A stretch of 39,736 nucleotides of DNA from a phage. Both the position numbers and the translations under genes were made by a program. The notes beneath the pieces are model-generated. The model searched no databases and was not told where the DNA came from. It saw only the letters and a program-made list of their open reading frames with translations. The stretch lies in sequence record PZ379179.1. One strand, 5' to 3'. Below, in pieces: positions 7,708-17,770 of the stretch (positions are counted from its first letter, which is position 1; each line of letters starts with the position of its first letter).

Positions 7708-8118
7708 GTGGACGAAAGGTCGGCCTCCGGGCTGGCACTCCACTCTGGACGAAAGGTAGGAAGTAAGAAGAAGTCCGGCTATTGGACGATAAACGTCAGG
7801 ACACCGTGGGGCCGAAAGCATCTACAGGTTCATAGGGTAATATGGGAGATGACACACGGTCCCATACCAGACGGCATGGAGATTGACCACATTGACCGGA
7901 ACCCTTCTAATAACAGGCTGTCCAACCTGCGACTGGTGACTCACTCCGAGAACAACCAGAACAAAGGACAGATGTCCACCAACACTACCGGAGAACGTCA
8001 CATCTCAAAGGTGAAAGGTCGAGAGCTTTACTGTATCAAGAAGGTGGTCAACGGAGAGCGCTTGGTCCTATATGCCAAGACCATAGCCGAGGCAGTAGCC
8101 TTAAGAGATTCATTATAA
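7708..8118 (+). CDS. HNH homing-type endonuclease (copy A)
   Basis: HNH core [46 protein letters not shown]. The track ORF starts inside the ligase gene; alignment with the paralog at 36668 puts the N-terminus at GTG 7708, directly after the ligase stop. No in-frame ATG is available. Confidence 0.7.
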   Translation: MDERSASGLALHSGRKVGSKKKSGYWTINVRTPWGRKHLQVHRVIWEMTHGPIPDGMEIDHIDRNPSNNRLSNLRLVTHSENNQNKGQMSTNTTGERHISKVKGRELYCIKKVVNGERLVLYAKTIAEAVALRDSL

Positions 8119-8123
8119 TGTCA

Positions 8124-8156
8124 ACCCAGTGGTCTTATGACTGCTGGGTTTCTTTG
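8124..8156 (+). terminator. Rho-independent terminator (TE-like early terminator)
   Basis: ACCCAGTGG-loop-CTGCTGGGT hairpin followed by TTTCTTTGCG, resembling the T7 TE tail TTTCTGCG; sits after the ligase/HNH unit. Confidence 0.6.
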
Positions 8157-8177
8157 CGTACGGGCCACCAGCTAGAC

Positions 8178-8200
8178 CCTAAGCTATCACTATAGGACAA
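8178..8200 (+). promoter_or_regulatory. Phage RNAP promoter
   Basis: CCTAAGCTATCACTATAGGACAA; predicted +1 G at 8195. Confidence 0.65.
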
Positions 8201-8226
8201 CCCTAACCGACCAAAGGAGAAACCTT

Positions 8227-8481
8227 ATGTCTAAAAACTTAATGTTCAACCGATTTACTCGAAGCTTCCACCTGTCGCATAGCCCATTCAGCTTCCATAA
8301 ATCTAATCAACCATTACCCCGCTTTGGTAAGACAGTGGCTCTGTCTCCCACAGTTCATGCGCTAGTCACCCGCAAGTCTATGCTGAAGGCTATGGATAAA
8401 GAACAAGTCGATGTACCTGTTGTCGTTACAAAATGGCCTCGCATTAAGCTGGCCCTTCTGGTAATTAAGGAGGTGTTTTGA
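8227..8481 (+). CDS. Hypothetical protein (84 aa), gene 1.6 position
   Basis: ATG with GGAG RBS 7 nt upstream; no recognisable domain. Confidence 0.5.
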   Translation: MSKNLMFNRFTRSFHLSHSPFSFHKSNQPLPRFGKTVALSPTVHALVTRKSMLKAMDKEQVDVPVVVTKWPRIKLALLVIKEVF

Positions 8482-8819
8482 TGGCATATTGTGATAGCAC
8501 CACATACTGTGAAGCATGTAATGGTGATGACCGCTTCCCACACGTTGGTAAACTTGTAGGTAACAAGCTGCAAGAAATTGATGGTGTACGCAAGCCATCC
8601 CACTATCAGGTCTTTGATGGCGTGGAATCCATTGAGATTATCGCACGGTCAATGACTGTGAGTGAGTTCCGTGGGTTCTGCATGGGTAACGTCCTGAAGT
8701 ATCGACTCCGGGCTGGTAAGAAGTCAGAGCTGGCAACTATGGAGAAGGACCTGAACAAAGCAGCCTTCTATCAGGAGCTATTCGACCTGCACAAAGGTAA
8801 GTGCTATGACTCCGAGTAA
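8481..8819 (+). CDS. DUF3310 / gp1.7-like protein (putative nucleotide kinase family)
   Basis: 112 aa from the ATG at 8481 (the track ORF opens at TTG 8478); AAGGAGGTG RBS. Motif FCMGNVLKYRLRAGKK resembles the DUF3310 signature associated with T7 gp1.7. Confidence 0.55.
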   Translation: MAYCDSTTYCEACNGDDRFPHVGKLVGNKLQEIDGVRKPSHYQVFDGVESIEIIARSMTVSEFRGFCMGNVLKYRLRAGKKSELATMEKDLNKAAFYQELFDLHKGKCYDSE

Positions 8820-8901
8820 GTGGTGTGAAATGATGTTCGAGAAGACAGGTAACACTGACTACCTTGAATTGTATAACCAGTGGAAGGAGCGCGGTTTATG
8901 A
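8806..8901 (+). CDS. Small ORF (31 aa), gene 1.8 position
   Basis: ATG 8806, stop overlapping the gp2 start; [31 protein letters not shown]. Short and without homology support. Confidence 0.3.
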   Translation: MTPSKWCEMMFEKTGNTDYLELYNQWKERGL

Positions 8902-9056
8902 CTGAGGTTGAGAAGAAATACATCGTGGAGCTTGAGGGTCGCGTTCAGTCCTTCGAGGTTCCGTTGTACGCAAAGTCTCTTGAAGAGGCTACCCTGAAGT
9001 CCCAAGAGTATGAGGACGCTGGGTTTGTGGTCGGACGGATTCGCCCTGAGACCTAA
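8898..9056 (+). CDS. Gp2-like inhibitor of host RNA polymerase (52 aa)
   Basis: [14 protein letters not shown]...[10 protein letters not shown] matches recalled T7 Gp2 (SFEVPIYAETLDEA...AGFEVTRVRP). Below the track size cut-off. Confidence 0.8.
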   Translation: MTEVEKKYIVELEGRVQSFEVPLYAKSLEEATLKSQEYEDAGFVVGRIRPET

Positions 9057-9074
9057 ACTATCACTGTAGGACAG
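9052..9074 (+). promoter_or_regulatory. Phage RNAP promoter, variant (CACTGTAGG)
   Basis: CTAAACTATCACTGTAGGACAGA, with G at -2 relative to the consensus; upstream of the SSB gene. Confidence 0.55.
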
Positions 9075-9114
9075 ACGTCCAGTTAGTAACTTTTAAATTA
9101 GGAGATTTACACCG

Positions 9115-9809
9115 ATGGCTAAAGAGCAACTGAAGACTTTCACCACTCCGGTAGCTGGTATCGTTGAGCCTTACGCATGGCTGAACAAAGCAGACACCAA
9201 GTTTAACGAGCGTGGTGAGCATAAGGTTAACCTGACGTTCGACCTGAGCGACCCGAAGGTCCGTAAGATGATTGATGTCTTACAGAAGATTCACGACGAT
9301 GCGTATGCAAAAGCACTCGCAGACCACGAGAAGAACCCCCTCAGGTTCAGCGTGGCAAGAAGCCTATTGAACCACGAGAAGGCGACATGCCGTGGATTGA
9401 GAATGGTGACGGTACTGTTACCCTTAAGTTTAAATGCTTTGCGTCTTACCTGAAAGACGGCAAGTCCGAGCCTATCGTATTACGGTTCTACGACACCGAT
9501 GCTAAACTCATCCGTGACGTCCCGAATATCTGCGCTGGGTCTAAGCTGAAGGTCAAGTTTAAAGTCCTGCCGTTCAAGTGGAACGCTGCGACTGGTGCAA
9601 GCGTTAAGCTCCAGCTTGAGTCCTGCCTTCTGGTAGAACTGAAGGAGTGGAAAGGCGATGGTGGCGATGGTGGCTGGGGTGATGATGAAGACCTTGGTAC
9701 TGGCTACAAAGCGTCAACCGTTGGTGACTTCGGTGGTGATGACTTTGGGTCTGACGATGGTTCCGAAGGTGGTGACGACTCCAGCTCTGATGGCGATTAC
9801 GACTTCTAA
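9115..9809 (+). CDS. ssDNA-binding protein (T7 gp2.5 homolog), frame interrupted at a C5 run
   Basis: Track ORFs 9115..9453 and 9387..9809 together align with T7 gp2.5 (N-terminal part in one frame; PPQVQRGKKP...MPWIENGDGTVTLKFKC...GSKLKVKFKVLPFKWNAATGASVKLQLE and the acidic C-terminus ending DGDYDF in the other). The frames meet at CCCCC 9336-9340. Confidence 0.85.
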
Positions 9810-10261
9810 TGGCCCAATGGTCTGCAAAACGGGGGCACTCTGTGGGTGCCTACCGCTCTGGACTTGAAGCCAAGAACCAGCAGTGGCTGGAACAGAACGG
9901 CGTCAAAGCGGAGTACGAAAGCCATTATATCAACTATGTGATTCCGGCTTCCGACCACAAGTACACACCAGATTTTATCCTTCCTAACGGTATCATCGTG
10001 GAGACCAAAGGTATCTTCGATAGTGATGACCGTAAGAAGCACCTTCTGGTACGAGAACAGCACCCAGAGTTAGACATCCGGTTCGTGTTCTCAAGTTCAC
10101 GCTCCAAGTTATACAAAGGGTCTCCAACCACGTATGGCGCATGGTGCGAAAAGAACGGCTATAAGTATGCCGATAAATTCATCCCGGTTGAGTGGCTTCG
10201 AGAGGCGACTGTACGTCTGCCTTCAGGTATACTCATCCCCAAGAAGAAAGGAGTTAAGTGA
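9809..10261 (+). CDS. Endonuclease I, Holliday-junction resolvase (T7 gene 3 homolog)
   Basis: 150 aa; VGAYRSGLE...YVIPASDHKYTPDFILPNGIIVETKG...DDRKKHLLVREQHPELDIRFVFSSSRSKLYKGSPTTYG nearly collinear with T7 endonuclease I. Confidence 0.93.
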   Translation: MAQWSAKRGHSVGAYRSGLEAKNQQWLEQNGVKAEYESHYINYVIPASDHKYTPDFILPNGIIVETKGIFDSDDRKKHLLVREQHPELDIRFVFSSSRSKLYKGSPTTYGAWCEKNGYKYADKFIPVEWLREATVRLPSGILIPKKKGVK

Positions 10262-10485
10262 TGACTCAAGAATTTAAGGTCGTTCGTAAGCGTCTGACCA
10301 TTGATAAAATCCCGGTAGGCTATGCGTTTATCGTCCACGGTAAGCCGGGTGAAGTGTACGTGAAGATTAGTAACTCTCACGTCTTCAACCATAAGTTGCT
10401 CCAGATGCACACCACGGATGCTAACCGCTTCCAACGTCATCTGAACCTCGTAGCTGTAGAGCTGGTGGTGTACGATGGTGAGTAA
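10261..10485 (+). CDS. Hypothetical protein (74 aa) between endonuclease I and lysozyme
   Basis: ATG at 10261 overlaps the upstream stop (TGATG), with AGGAG 7 nt upstream; the track ORF opens at GTG 10258. No T7 gene occupies this position. Confidence 0.5.
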   Translation: MTQEFKVVRKRLTIDKIPVGYAFIVHGKPGEVYVKISNSHVFNHKLLQMHTTDANRFQRHLNLVAVELVVYDGE

Positions 10486-10933
10486 GGTTCAGTTCAACCC
10501 ACGGTCCCTGACTGACGCTATCTTCGTTCACTGTAGCGCAACCAAGCCAGAGATGGACATCGGGGTAGAGACCATCCGTATGTGGCACAAGCAGCAAGGC
10601 TGGCTGGATGTAGGCTACCACTTTATCATCAAGCGTGACGGTACTGTGGAAGAGGGTCGCCCGGTCAATGTCGTAGGGTCACACGTTAAGGACTGGAACT
10701 CCAAGTCCGTAGGCGTCTGCCTTGTAGGTGGCATCAACGCTAAGGGTCAGTTTGAAGCTAACTTCACTCCAGCCCAGATGAACTCCCTGCGCAACAAGCT
10801 GGCTGACCTGAAGGTCCTGTATCCTCAGGCAGAAATCAAAGCACACCATGACGTAGCACCTAAGGCGTGTCCAAGTTTTGACTTGCGATGGTGGCTAGAT
10901 ACCAATGAACTGGTAACTTCCGACCGTGGTTAA
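10475..10933 (+). CDS. Lysozyme / N-acetylmuramoyl-L-alanine amidase (T7 gene 3.5 homolog)
   Basis: 152 aa; DAIFVHCSATKP...WLDVGYHFIIKRDGTVEEGR...GVCLVGG...APKACPSFDL...ELVTSDRG matches T7 lysozyme. Confidence 0.95.
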   Translation: MVSKVQFNPRSLTDAIFVHCSATKPEMDIGVETIRMWHKQQGWLDVGYHFIIKRDGTVEEGRPVNVVGSHVKDWNSKSVGVCLVGGINAKGQFEANFTPAQMNSLRNKLADLKVLYPQAEIKAHHDVAPKACPSFDLRWWLDTNELVTSDRG

Positions 10934-10954
10934 TAAACTCTAAAGGAGAGTGAT

Positions 10955-11218
10955 ATGGCAACTTTAACAAAAAAAGAACGGGCATGGTTGAACGAATTAC
11001 AGGACGTTCTTGATCGCTGTCCATCACCGAAAAAAATTGGCTTTTACACCATTGGCGATAAAAGCATTTACCTGTATGACCTGCGCCGCATGGATGAAAT
11101 AATGGAGGCTCTTGATAATCGTTCGTCGATGGATTGGTGTGTTGCTGTTCATGATATGAATGCAGGGTTTGATGAAAAGATTTTGTTCCCCTCATCAGTT
11201 GAAAGCACTGCGGGTTAA
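10955..11218 (+). CDS. Hypothetical accessory protein (87 aa) with atypical codon usage
   Basis: ATG with AAGGAGAG RBS. Lower GC and AAA-rich lysine codons (ACAAAAAAAGAA, CCGAAAAAAATT), in contrast to the AAG-rich backbone. No recognisable domain. Confidence 0.6.
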   Translation: MATLTKKERAWLNELQDVLDRCPSPKKIGFYTIGDKSIYLYDLRRMDEIMEALDNRSSMDWCVAVHDMNAGFDEKILFPSSVESTAG

Positions 11219-11228
11219 GGACTAACAC

Positions 11229-11426
11229 ATGACCACTATTACAAAAGAGCGACTACTGACAATCAAGCAGTGGCGCGAAACATACGGACATGGTAGCAAC
11301 GTTGTACTGCCAGCAGAAGAAGCGGAAGAACTGGAACGAATTGCACTTGCGTCACTGGAAGCTGGCATGAAGGCACGTCAAGCTGACACCAAAGCTGACC
11401 AGTTGGCTCAGTTCTTCAAAGCCTAA
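11229..11426 (+). CDS. Hypothetical accessory protein (65 aa)
   Basis: ATG with AAGGA RBS 8 nt upstream; the stop codon is part of the following promoter. No recognisable domain. Confidence 0.55.
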   Translation: MTTITKERLLTIKQWRETYGHGSNVVLPAEEAEELERIALASLEAGMKARQADTKADQLAQFFKA

Positions 11427-11444
11427 ACTATCACCTTAGGGATT
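11422..11444 (+). promoter_or_regulatory. Phage RNAP promoter, variant (CACCTTAGGG)
   Basis: CCTAAACTATCACCTTAGGGATT; upstream of the primase-helicase gene. Confidence 0.5.
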
Positions 11445-11491
11445 GGACCTTGAGTCCTTTCCCTTTGTTCGCATTTGTGAGTAAGGAGTGA

Positions 11492-13195
<1,704 letters not shown>

Positions 13196-13374
13196 GGAGG
13201 AGTACATTGCTAAGAAAACTTAAAGCTCGATACCATAGGTTCATGTACAAATGGTGGAGTGATGAAGCAACCTGCCTGTCCAACATTCTGGGAGACCAGA
13301 GGTTCGACTCTAAGGCATGGAAGAAAGCTAACCGGAAGTTTATGTACCACTTCTTGCGTACAGACTTCTAGGTC

Positions 13375-13417
13375 TAGACTCAAGGTCATTCATAGCGAGT
13401 GGCCTTTATGATTAGAC
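13375..13417 (+). ncRNA. Candidate RNase III processing hairpin
   Basis: TAGACTCAAGGTCATTCATAGCGAGTGGCCTTTATGATTAGAC, closely resembling the recalled T7 R1.1 site; lies between the gene 4 and gene 5 homologs. Confidence 0.45.
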
Positions 13418-13435
13418 TAAAGCGGAGGATTAACC

Positions 13436-15607
13436 ATGTTTGACCTTAAGAGTATCTGGGGTTCTGACATCGAGACCAACGGTCTCCTTGATACAGTCTC
13501 CCAGTTTCACTGTGGGGTCCTGATTAACGCCGAGTCGAATGAGACCCTTAAGTATGGGGTAGCTCCGATGGTCGGTATCGTCGGTGGCTTCAAAGAGTAT
13601 GTGCAGAAGGTGGAAGAGATTGCCGCATCACCTGATGGTATGCTGGTATTCCACAACGGTATCAACTATGACGTCCCGGCTATTGACAAGCTGAAGCGTC
13701 TGTACTTCGGGAAACGCTTTAACTTCCCGAAACACAAGATGATTGATACCTTGGTGCTGGGTCGCTTGATGTATCCCAACATTAAGTTCTCAGACATGGG
13801 CGCGGTGAAAGCTGGTCGTCTGCCTCCTAAGATGATGGGACGCCAGTCTCTTGAGGCTTGGGGCTATCGTCTCGGTGAGATGAAAGGTGAGTACAAACAC
13901 GATTACGTTGCCAAATGCAAGGCTGAAGGTATTGAATATAAGGCTGGTGACGAATGGTTGTTCCCATCTCAGGAGATGCTGGACTATAACGTTCAAGACG
14001 TTGTGGTCACACTGGCGTTGTTCAAGAAGTTCCTGACTGACAAGTATTACTTCCAGTCTGAACAGTTCGCTTTCGACCAGATTTATGCGTTGCGTCTGGA
14101 ACATGATGCTGCGTGGACCTGTGCGAAGATGGAACGTAACGGCTATCCGATGAACACCGAGATGGTCGAAGGCTTATATCGTGAACTAACCGTCAAACGT
14201 GCAGAGCTACTGGACAAGCTGCGCTCTACTTTCGGTAGCTGGTATGCACCAAAGGGAGGCAAGGAGTTCTTCAGGCATCCACGGACAGGTAAGGATCTTC
14301 CGAAGTATCCGAGAGTCGTGTATCCCAAGGTCGGTGGCATCTTTAAGAAGCCTAAGAACAAAGCTCAACGCTTAGGTCTTGAACCTTGTGAACGCGATAC
14401 GCGAGACACGATGGAGGGAGCACCATTCACGCCAATCACTTACGTTGAGTTTAATCCGGGAAGCGGAGACCACTTAGCGAAAGTCCTGATGGAGCGTGGC
14501 TGGGAGCCTGTGGACTTTACTGACACCGGGAAACCTGTAGTCGATGACGAGACGTTGGAACACGTTAAGTTACCAGACGCAGAGGCTCAGGCTTGCGTAG
14601 AGCTGGTCCGTGAGTATCTGGTAGTCCAGAAGCGCATCGGTCAGGCGGCTGAAGGTAAGAACGCATGGTTGAAACTTGTAGGTCCAGACGGACGTATGCA
14701 CGGCTCAATAAACCCATGCGGGGCAGTAACCGGACGTGCGACCCATAGTTCACCAAACATGGCTCAGGTCCCGGCTAACGGTGCTCCATATGGTGAGACT
14801 TGCCGTGGTGCTTTCGGTGCAGCGTGGAACAAGAAGGACGGTAAGCCAGACCCTTGGATTCAAGTTGGTGTGGATGCCTCAGGTCTTGAGCTTCGTTGTC
14901 TTGGGAACAGAGCGGCTCCGTTTGATGGTGGTGCATATGCGAAGACTGTGGTAGAAGGTGACATCCACTGGGCCAACGCAGTAAACGCTGGGTTAGCACC
15001 TAACGTCCAACGCGATAAGTCTAACCACGACCATGAGGCTTTCCGTAACAACGCTAAGACGTTCATCTACGCGTTCCTGTATGGTGCAGGGGCCGCTAAG
15101 ATTGGACTGATAGTAGGCGGTGGTAAGAAGGAAGGTTCAGCTCTGATGAAGAAATTCATTGAGGGTACACCAGCCATCAAGGACCTCAGGGAAGCTGTGA
15201 GTAATACGTTAATCTCAGACTCTAAGTGGGTGGACGGAGAGAACATCGTTAAGTGGAAACGCCGTTGGCTGCGTGGACTTGATGGTCGCCGCATACACAT
15301 CCGGTCGCCACACTCAGCACTTAACGCCCTACTTCAGGGTGATGGTGCGGTTGTCTGTAAGCACTGGATGGTACTGACTGAGAAGAAACTTGAAGAGGCT
15401 GGTTACGGTAACGGATGGGACGGCGACTTTGCGCTAATGGCTTGGATTCACGATGAATTGCAGATAGCGTGCCGTACTCAGGAGATAGCAGAAGATGTCG
15501 TCCGTATTGCTCAAGAGGCGATGCGCGAGGTCGGACGCTTCTATAACTTCAAGTGTGAACTTGATACGGAGGGTAAGATTGGACCAACGTGGAAAGAGTG
15601 TCATTGA
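13436..15607 (+). CDS. DNA polymerase (T7 gene 5 homolog, family A)
   Basis: 723 aa; exonuclease and polymerase motifs (DIETNGL, DASGLELRCL, IHDELQ); GCGGAGGAT RBS. Confidence 0.96.
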   Translation: MFDLKSIWGSDIETNGLLDTVSQFHCGVLINAESNETLKYGVAPMVGIVGGFKEYVQKVEEIAASPDGMLVFHNGINYDVPAIDKLKRLYFGKRFNFPKHKMIDTLVLGRLMYPNIKFSDMGAVKAGRLPPKMMGRQSLEAWGYRLGEMKGEYKHDYVAKCKAEGIEYKAGDEWLFPSQEMLDYNVQDVVVTLALFKKFLTDKYYFQSEQFAFDQIYALRLEHDAAWTCAKMERNGYPMNTEMVEGLYRELTVKRAELLDKLRSTFGSWYAPKGGKEFFRHPRTGKDLPKYPRVVYPKVGGIFKKPKNKAQRLGLEPCERDTRDTMEGAPFTPITYVEFNPGSGDHLAKVLMERGWEPVDFTDTGKPVVDDETLEHVKLPDAEAQACVELVREYLVVQKRIGQAAEGKNAWLKLVGPDGRMHGSINPCGAVTGRATHSSPNMAQVPANGAPYGETCRGAFGAAWNKKDGKPDPWIQVGVDASGLELRCLGNRAAPFDGGAYAKTVVEGDIHWANAVNAGLAPNVQRDKSNHDHEAFRNNAKTFIYAFLYGAGAAKIGLIVGGGKKEGSALMKKFIEGTPAIKDLREAVSNTLISDSKWVDGENIVKWKRRWLRGLDGRRIHIRSPHSALNALLQGDGAVVCKHWMVLTEKKLEEAGYGNGWDGDFALMAWIHDELQIACRTQEIAEDVVRIAQEAMREVGRFYNFKCELDTEGKIGPTWKECH

Positions 15608-15638
15608 CCCTCGAACCCAGACCCTACGCTTCCACACC

Positions 15639-15920
15639 ATGCCTACCGGATGTATCGTCTGCGTGTCCCACAAGAGGAACCAAGATGGGTACTTCCGGTA
15701 CTCCATGGGAAGCTACAGGAAGGGCAACAAGTTCGCCTTCATGTTCCACCGATGGGTGTGGGAGCAGAAGCGCGGACCTATACCAAATGGCTACGAAATA
15801 GACCATTTGTGCTTGAACCGTGGGTGCTGCAACATAGAGCATCTACAGTGTATTCCAAAACGCGAACACGTCATTAAGACGAACCGTGAGCGCAAACTTG
15901 TTAAGAAGGAGTGTCACTAA
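15639..15920 (+). CDS. HNH endonuclease (T7 gene 5.3 position)
   Basis: 93 aa from the ATG at 15639 (the track ORF starts inside the polymerase gene); HNH with Cys ligands, HRWVWEQKRGPIPNGYEIDHLCLNRGCCNIEHLQ. Confidence 0.65.
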   Translation: MPTGCIVCVSHKRNQDGYFRYSMGSYRKGNKFAFMFHRWVWEQKRGPIPNGYEIDHLCLNRGCCNIEHLQCIPKREHVIKTNRERKLVKKECH

Positions 15921-16204
15921 TGGCTATTACTAAACGTATTCGTGTGAGTTTTGATCTGAAGATGGTTGTTAACTCAAAGGAAGAAGATACCATGTGTCGC
16001 CAACTGGCTGAGATGACTAAAGCCTACGCTGAGGGTGAGGAGCTGGATGGTCTTCAGTTGGCTCTGGTCAAAACCGCAATCGAGTCAGGCCCTGAGTCTG
16101 CCCTTGAAATTGCCCTCAAGAAGACCATCAAGGAGGAGCTGGTAGACGACTTTGGTTATGGCCAGTTCGGAGTATCTAACCTGCGATTCGAGGTCAAGCA
16201 ATGA
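15920..16204 (+). CDS. gp5.5-like protein (putative H-NS-binding)
   Basis: ATG at 15920 overlaps the upstream stop; AAGAAGGAG RBS. N-terminus MAITKRIRVSFD resembles recalled T7 gp5.5 (MAMTKKFKVSFD). Confidence 0.6.
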   Translation: MAITKRIRVSFDLKMVVNSKEEDTMCRQLAEMTKAYAEGEELDGLQLALVKTAIESGPESALEIALKKTIKEELVDDFGYGQFGVSNLRFEVKQ

Positions 16205-16410
16205 GTGAATACTTACGGGTCCTAGCGGCCCTTAAGTCCTGCCCGAAGACCTTCCAGTCCAACTACGTGCGCAACAATGCGGCACTGGTGGCTGAGGCTG
16301 CGAGTCGTGGACATCTGAGCTGTCTGTCTATGGACGGGCGTAACAACGGTGCGTGGGAGATTACCGCTGCTGGCACCAAGTTCCTGAACCAACATGGAGG
16401 ATGCCTGTGA
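16201..16410 (+). CDS. gp5.7-like protein
   Basis: 69 aa; LKSCPKTFQSNYVRNNAALVAEAASRGHLSC...GAWEITAAGTKFL nearly identical in pattern to recalled T7 gp5.7. Confidence 0.85.
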   Translation: MSEYLRVLAALKSCPKTFQSNYVRNNAALVAEAASRGHLSCLSMDGRNNGAWEITAAGTKFLNQHGGCL

Positions 16411-17273
16411 GCGAAAAGAAAATAGCTCTTGTGTTAGATGGTGACTATCTGGTCTTCTCTTCTATGGCTGCTGCCGAGGACGAGACAGACTGGGGCGATG
16501 ACATCTGGACCCTTATCTGCGACCATGCAAAGGCTCGTCGTATCCTTGAGAACACCATCGCTGAAATCGTTAAGAAGCGCAAGGCGTGGAAAGACGCTAA
16601 GATTGTGATGTGCTTCACTGACGATTACAACTGGCGTAAGGACGTCCTACCTACCTATAAGGCCAACCGTAAAGGTTCTCGCAAGCCTGTAGGTTACAAG
16701 AAGTTCGTAGCCGAAGTGATGGCTGACCCACGGTTCAACAGCTTCCTGCGTCCTGCGCTTGAAGGCGATGATTGTATGGGTGTCATCGGGACCAGACCTC
16801 AGATTGTAGGCTGTGACCATGCTGTTCTGGTGTCCTGTGATAAGGACTTCAAGACCATCCCTAACTGTGAGTTCTTCTGGTTAACCACTGGTGAAATCCT
16901 GAGTCATACGACTGCTGAGGCAGACTACTGGCACATGGAGCAAACCATCAAGGGTGACACCACAGATGGCTACGGTGGCATTCCGGGGATGGGTGAGGAT
17001 ACCACACGCGCGTTCCTTGACGAGCCGTACTACTTCGTACAGGAGAGCCGTGAGCTTAAGACTGGTAAGAACAAAGGCCAGATTAAGACTGAGTGGAAGA
17101 AGTATCCAAAGCGTGACGACATGACGCTGTGGGACTGCATGGTGACTCTGGCTGCTAAAGCTGGGATGACCGAGGAGGAACTTCTGGTCCAAGCTCAGGT
17201 CGCTCGTATTTGCCGAGCCTCCGACTACGACCCTAAGTCCAAGGAGGTCATCCTATGGACACCATCCATGTAA
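16401..17273 (+). CDS. 5'-3' exonuclease (T7 gene 6 homolog)
   Basis: LVLDGDYLVF...CDHAKARRILE...YKANRK...KPVGY...SCDKDFKTIPNC...KGDTTDGYGGIPG...LWDCM...AKAGMTEEE collinear with T7 gp6. The track ORF opens at 16353 inside gp5.7; start is the ATG at 16401 or GTG at 16407 after GGAGG. Confidence 0.92.
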   Translation: MPVSEKKIALVLDGDYLVFSSMAAAEDETDWGDDIWTLICDHAKARRILENTIAEIVKKRKAWKDAKIVMCFTDDYNWRKDVLPTYKANRKGSRKPVGYKKFVAEVMADPRFNSFLRPALEGDDCMGVIGTRPQIVGCDHAVLVSCDKDFKTIPNCEFFWLTTGEILSHTTAEADYWHMEQTIKGDTTDGYGGIPGMGEDTTRAFLDEPYYFVQESRELKTGKNKGQIKTEWKKYPKRDDMTLWDCMVTLAAKAGMTEEELLVQAQVARICRASDYDPKSKEVILWTPSM

Positions 17274-17347
17274 TTTACTGGGTCGGACTTCTGGCCCTTT
17301 ACTGCATGTACAAGTGGTTCGGGTCGAACAACCGTCCGAAACACTAA
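17255..17347 (+). CDS. Small hydrophobic ORF (30 aa), gene 6.3 position
   Basis: ATG with AAGGAGG RBS 7 nt upstream; MDTIHVIYWVGLLALYCMYKWFGSNNRPKH. Below the track size cut-off. Confidence 0.4.
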   Translation: MDTIHVIYWVGLLALYCMYKWFGSNNRPKH

Positions 17348-17399
17348 GTCTAACCGATAGTCATATCCTATCAATCCAACAGTCATCCATAGGTGAAAC

Positions 17400-17422
17400 A
17401 CTAAACTATCACTATAGGGACT
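17400..17422 (+). promoter_or_regulatory. Phage RNAP promoter (phi6.5-like)
   Basis: ACTAAACTATCACTATAGGGACT; predicted +1 G at 17417. Confidence 0.75.
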
Positions 17423-17483
17423 TTAGGACCTAAGATATGACTATAAGATAGACTTTAGTCTTAACTTAAAGAGGAGATTCAAG

Positions 17484-17756
17484 ATGGCGCTTAATGCTAT
17501 TGAAAACGTTGTTAAGCAATTACAGGAAGAAAGACTTGATGTCCCGAACATCTCCCAGTCTGCCATCCAGTTCCTGCACGTACTGTTCAACGCAAGCTAC
17601 GCTGAGAAGATGGGAGCTATCAGTCTCCTCAAGCAGCAAGGCTACAGCGATGCGTTCATTGCCGGGTTCATCAAGGGTCTCCAGTATTGTTCTGACACTC
17701 TCGACTCTGCGATTGCTATGCGTCGTGAGCTGAAAGATACCGTTCAGTTCGATTAA
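17484..17756 (+). CDS. gp6.5-like protein (90 aa)
   Basis: ATG with GAGGAG RBS; position and size match T7 gene 6.5. Confidence 0.6.
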   Translation: MALNAIENVVKQLQEERLDVPNISQSAIQFLHVLFNASYAEKMGAISLLKQQGYSDAFIAGFIKGLQYCSDTLDSAIAMRRELKDTVQFD

Positions 17757-17770
17757 CTGTAGGAGGGACT

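Noticed and set aside
16353-16400. Extended N-terminus of the exonuclease ORF
   Set aside because: The track start lies inside gp5.7; T7 gp6 homology begins near the ATG at 16401.
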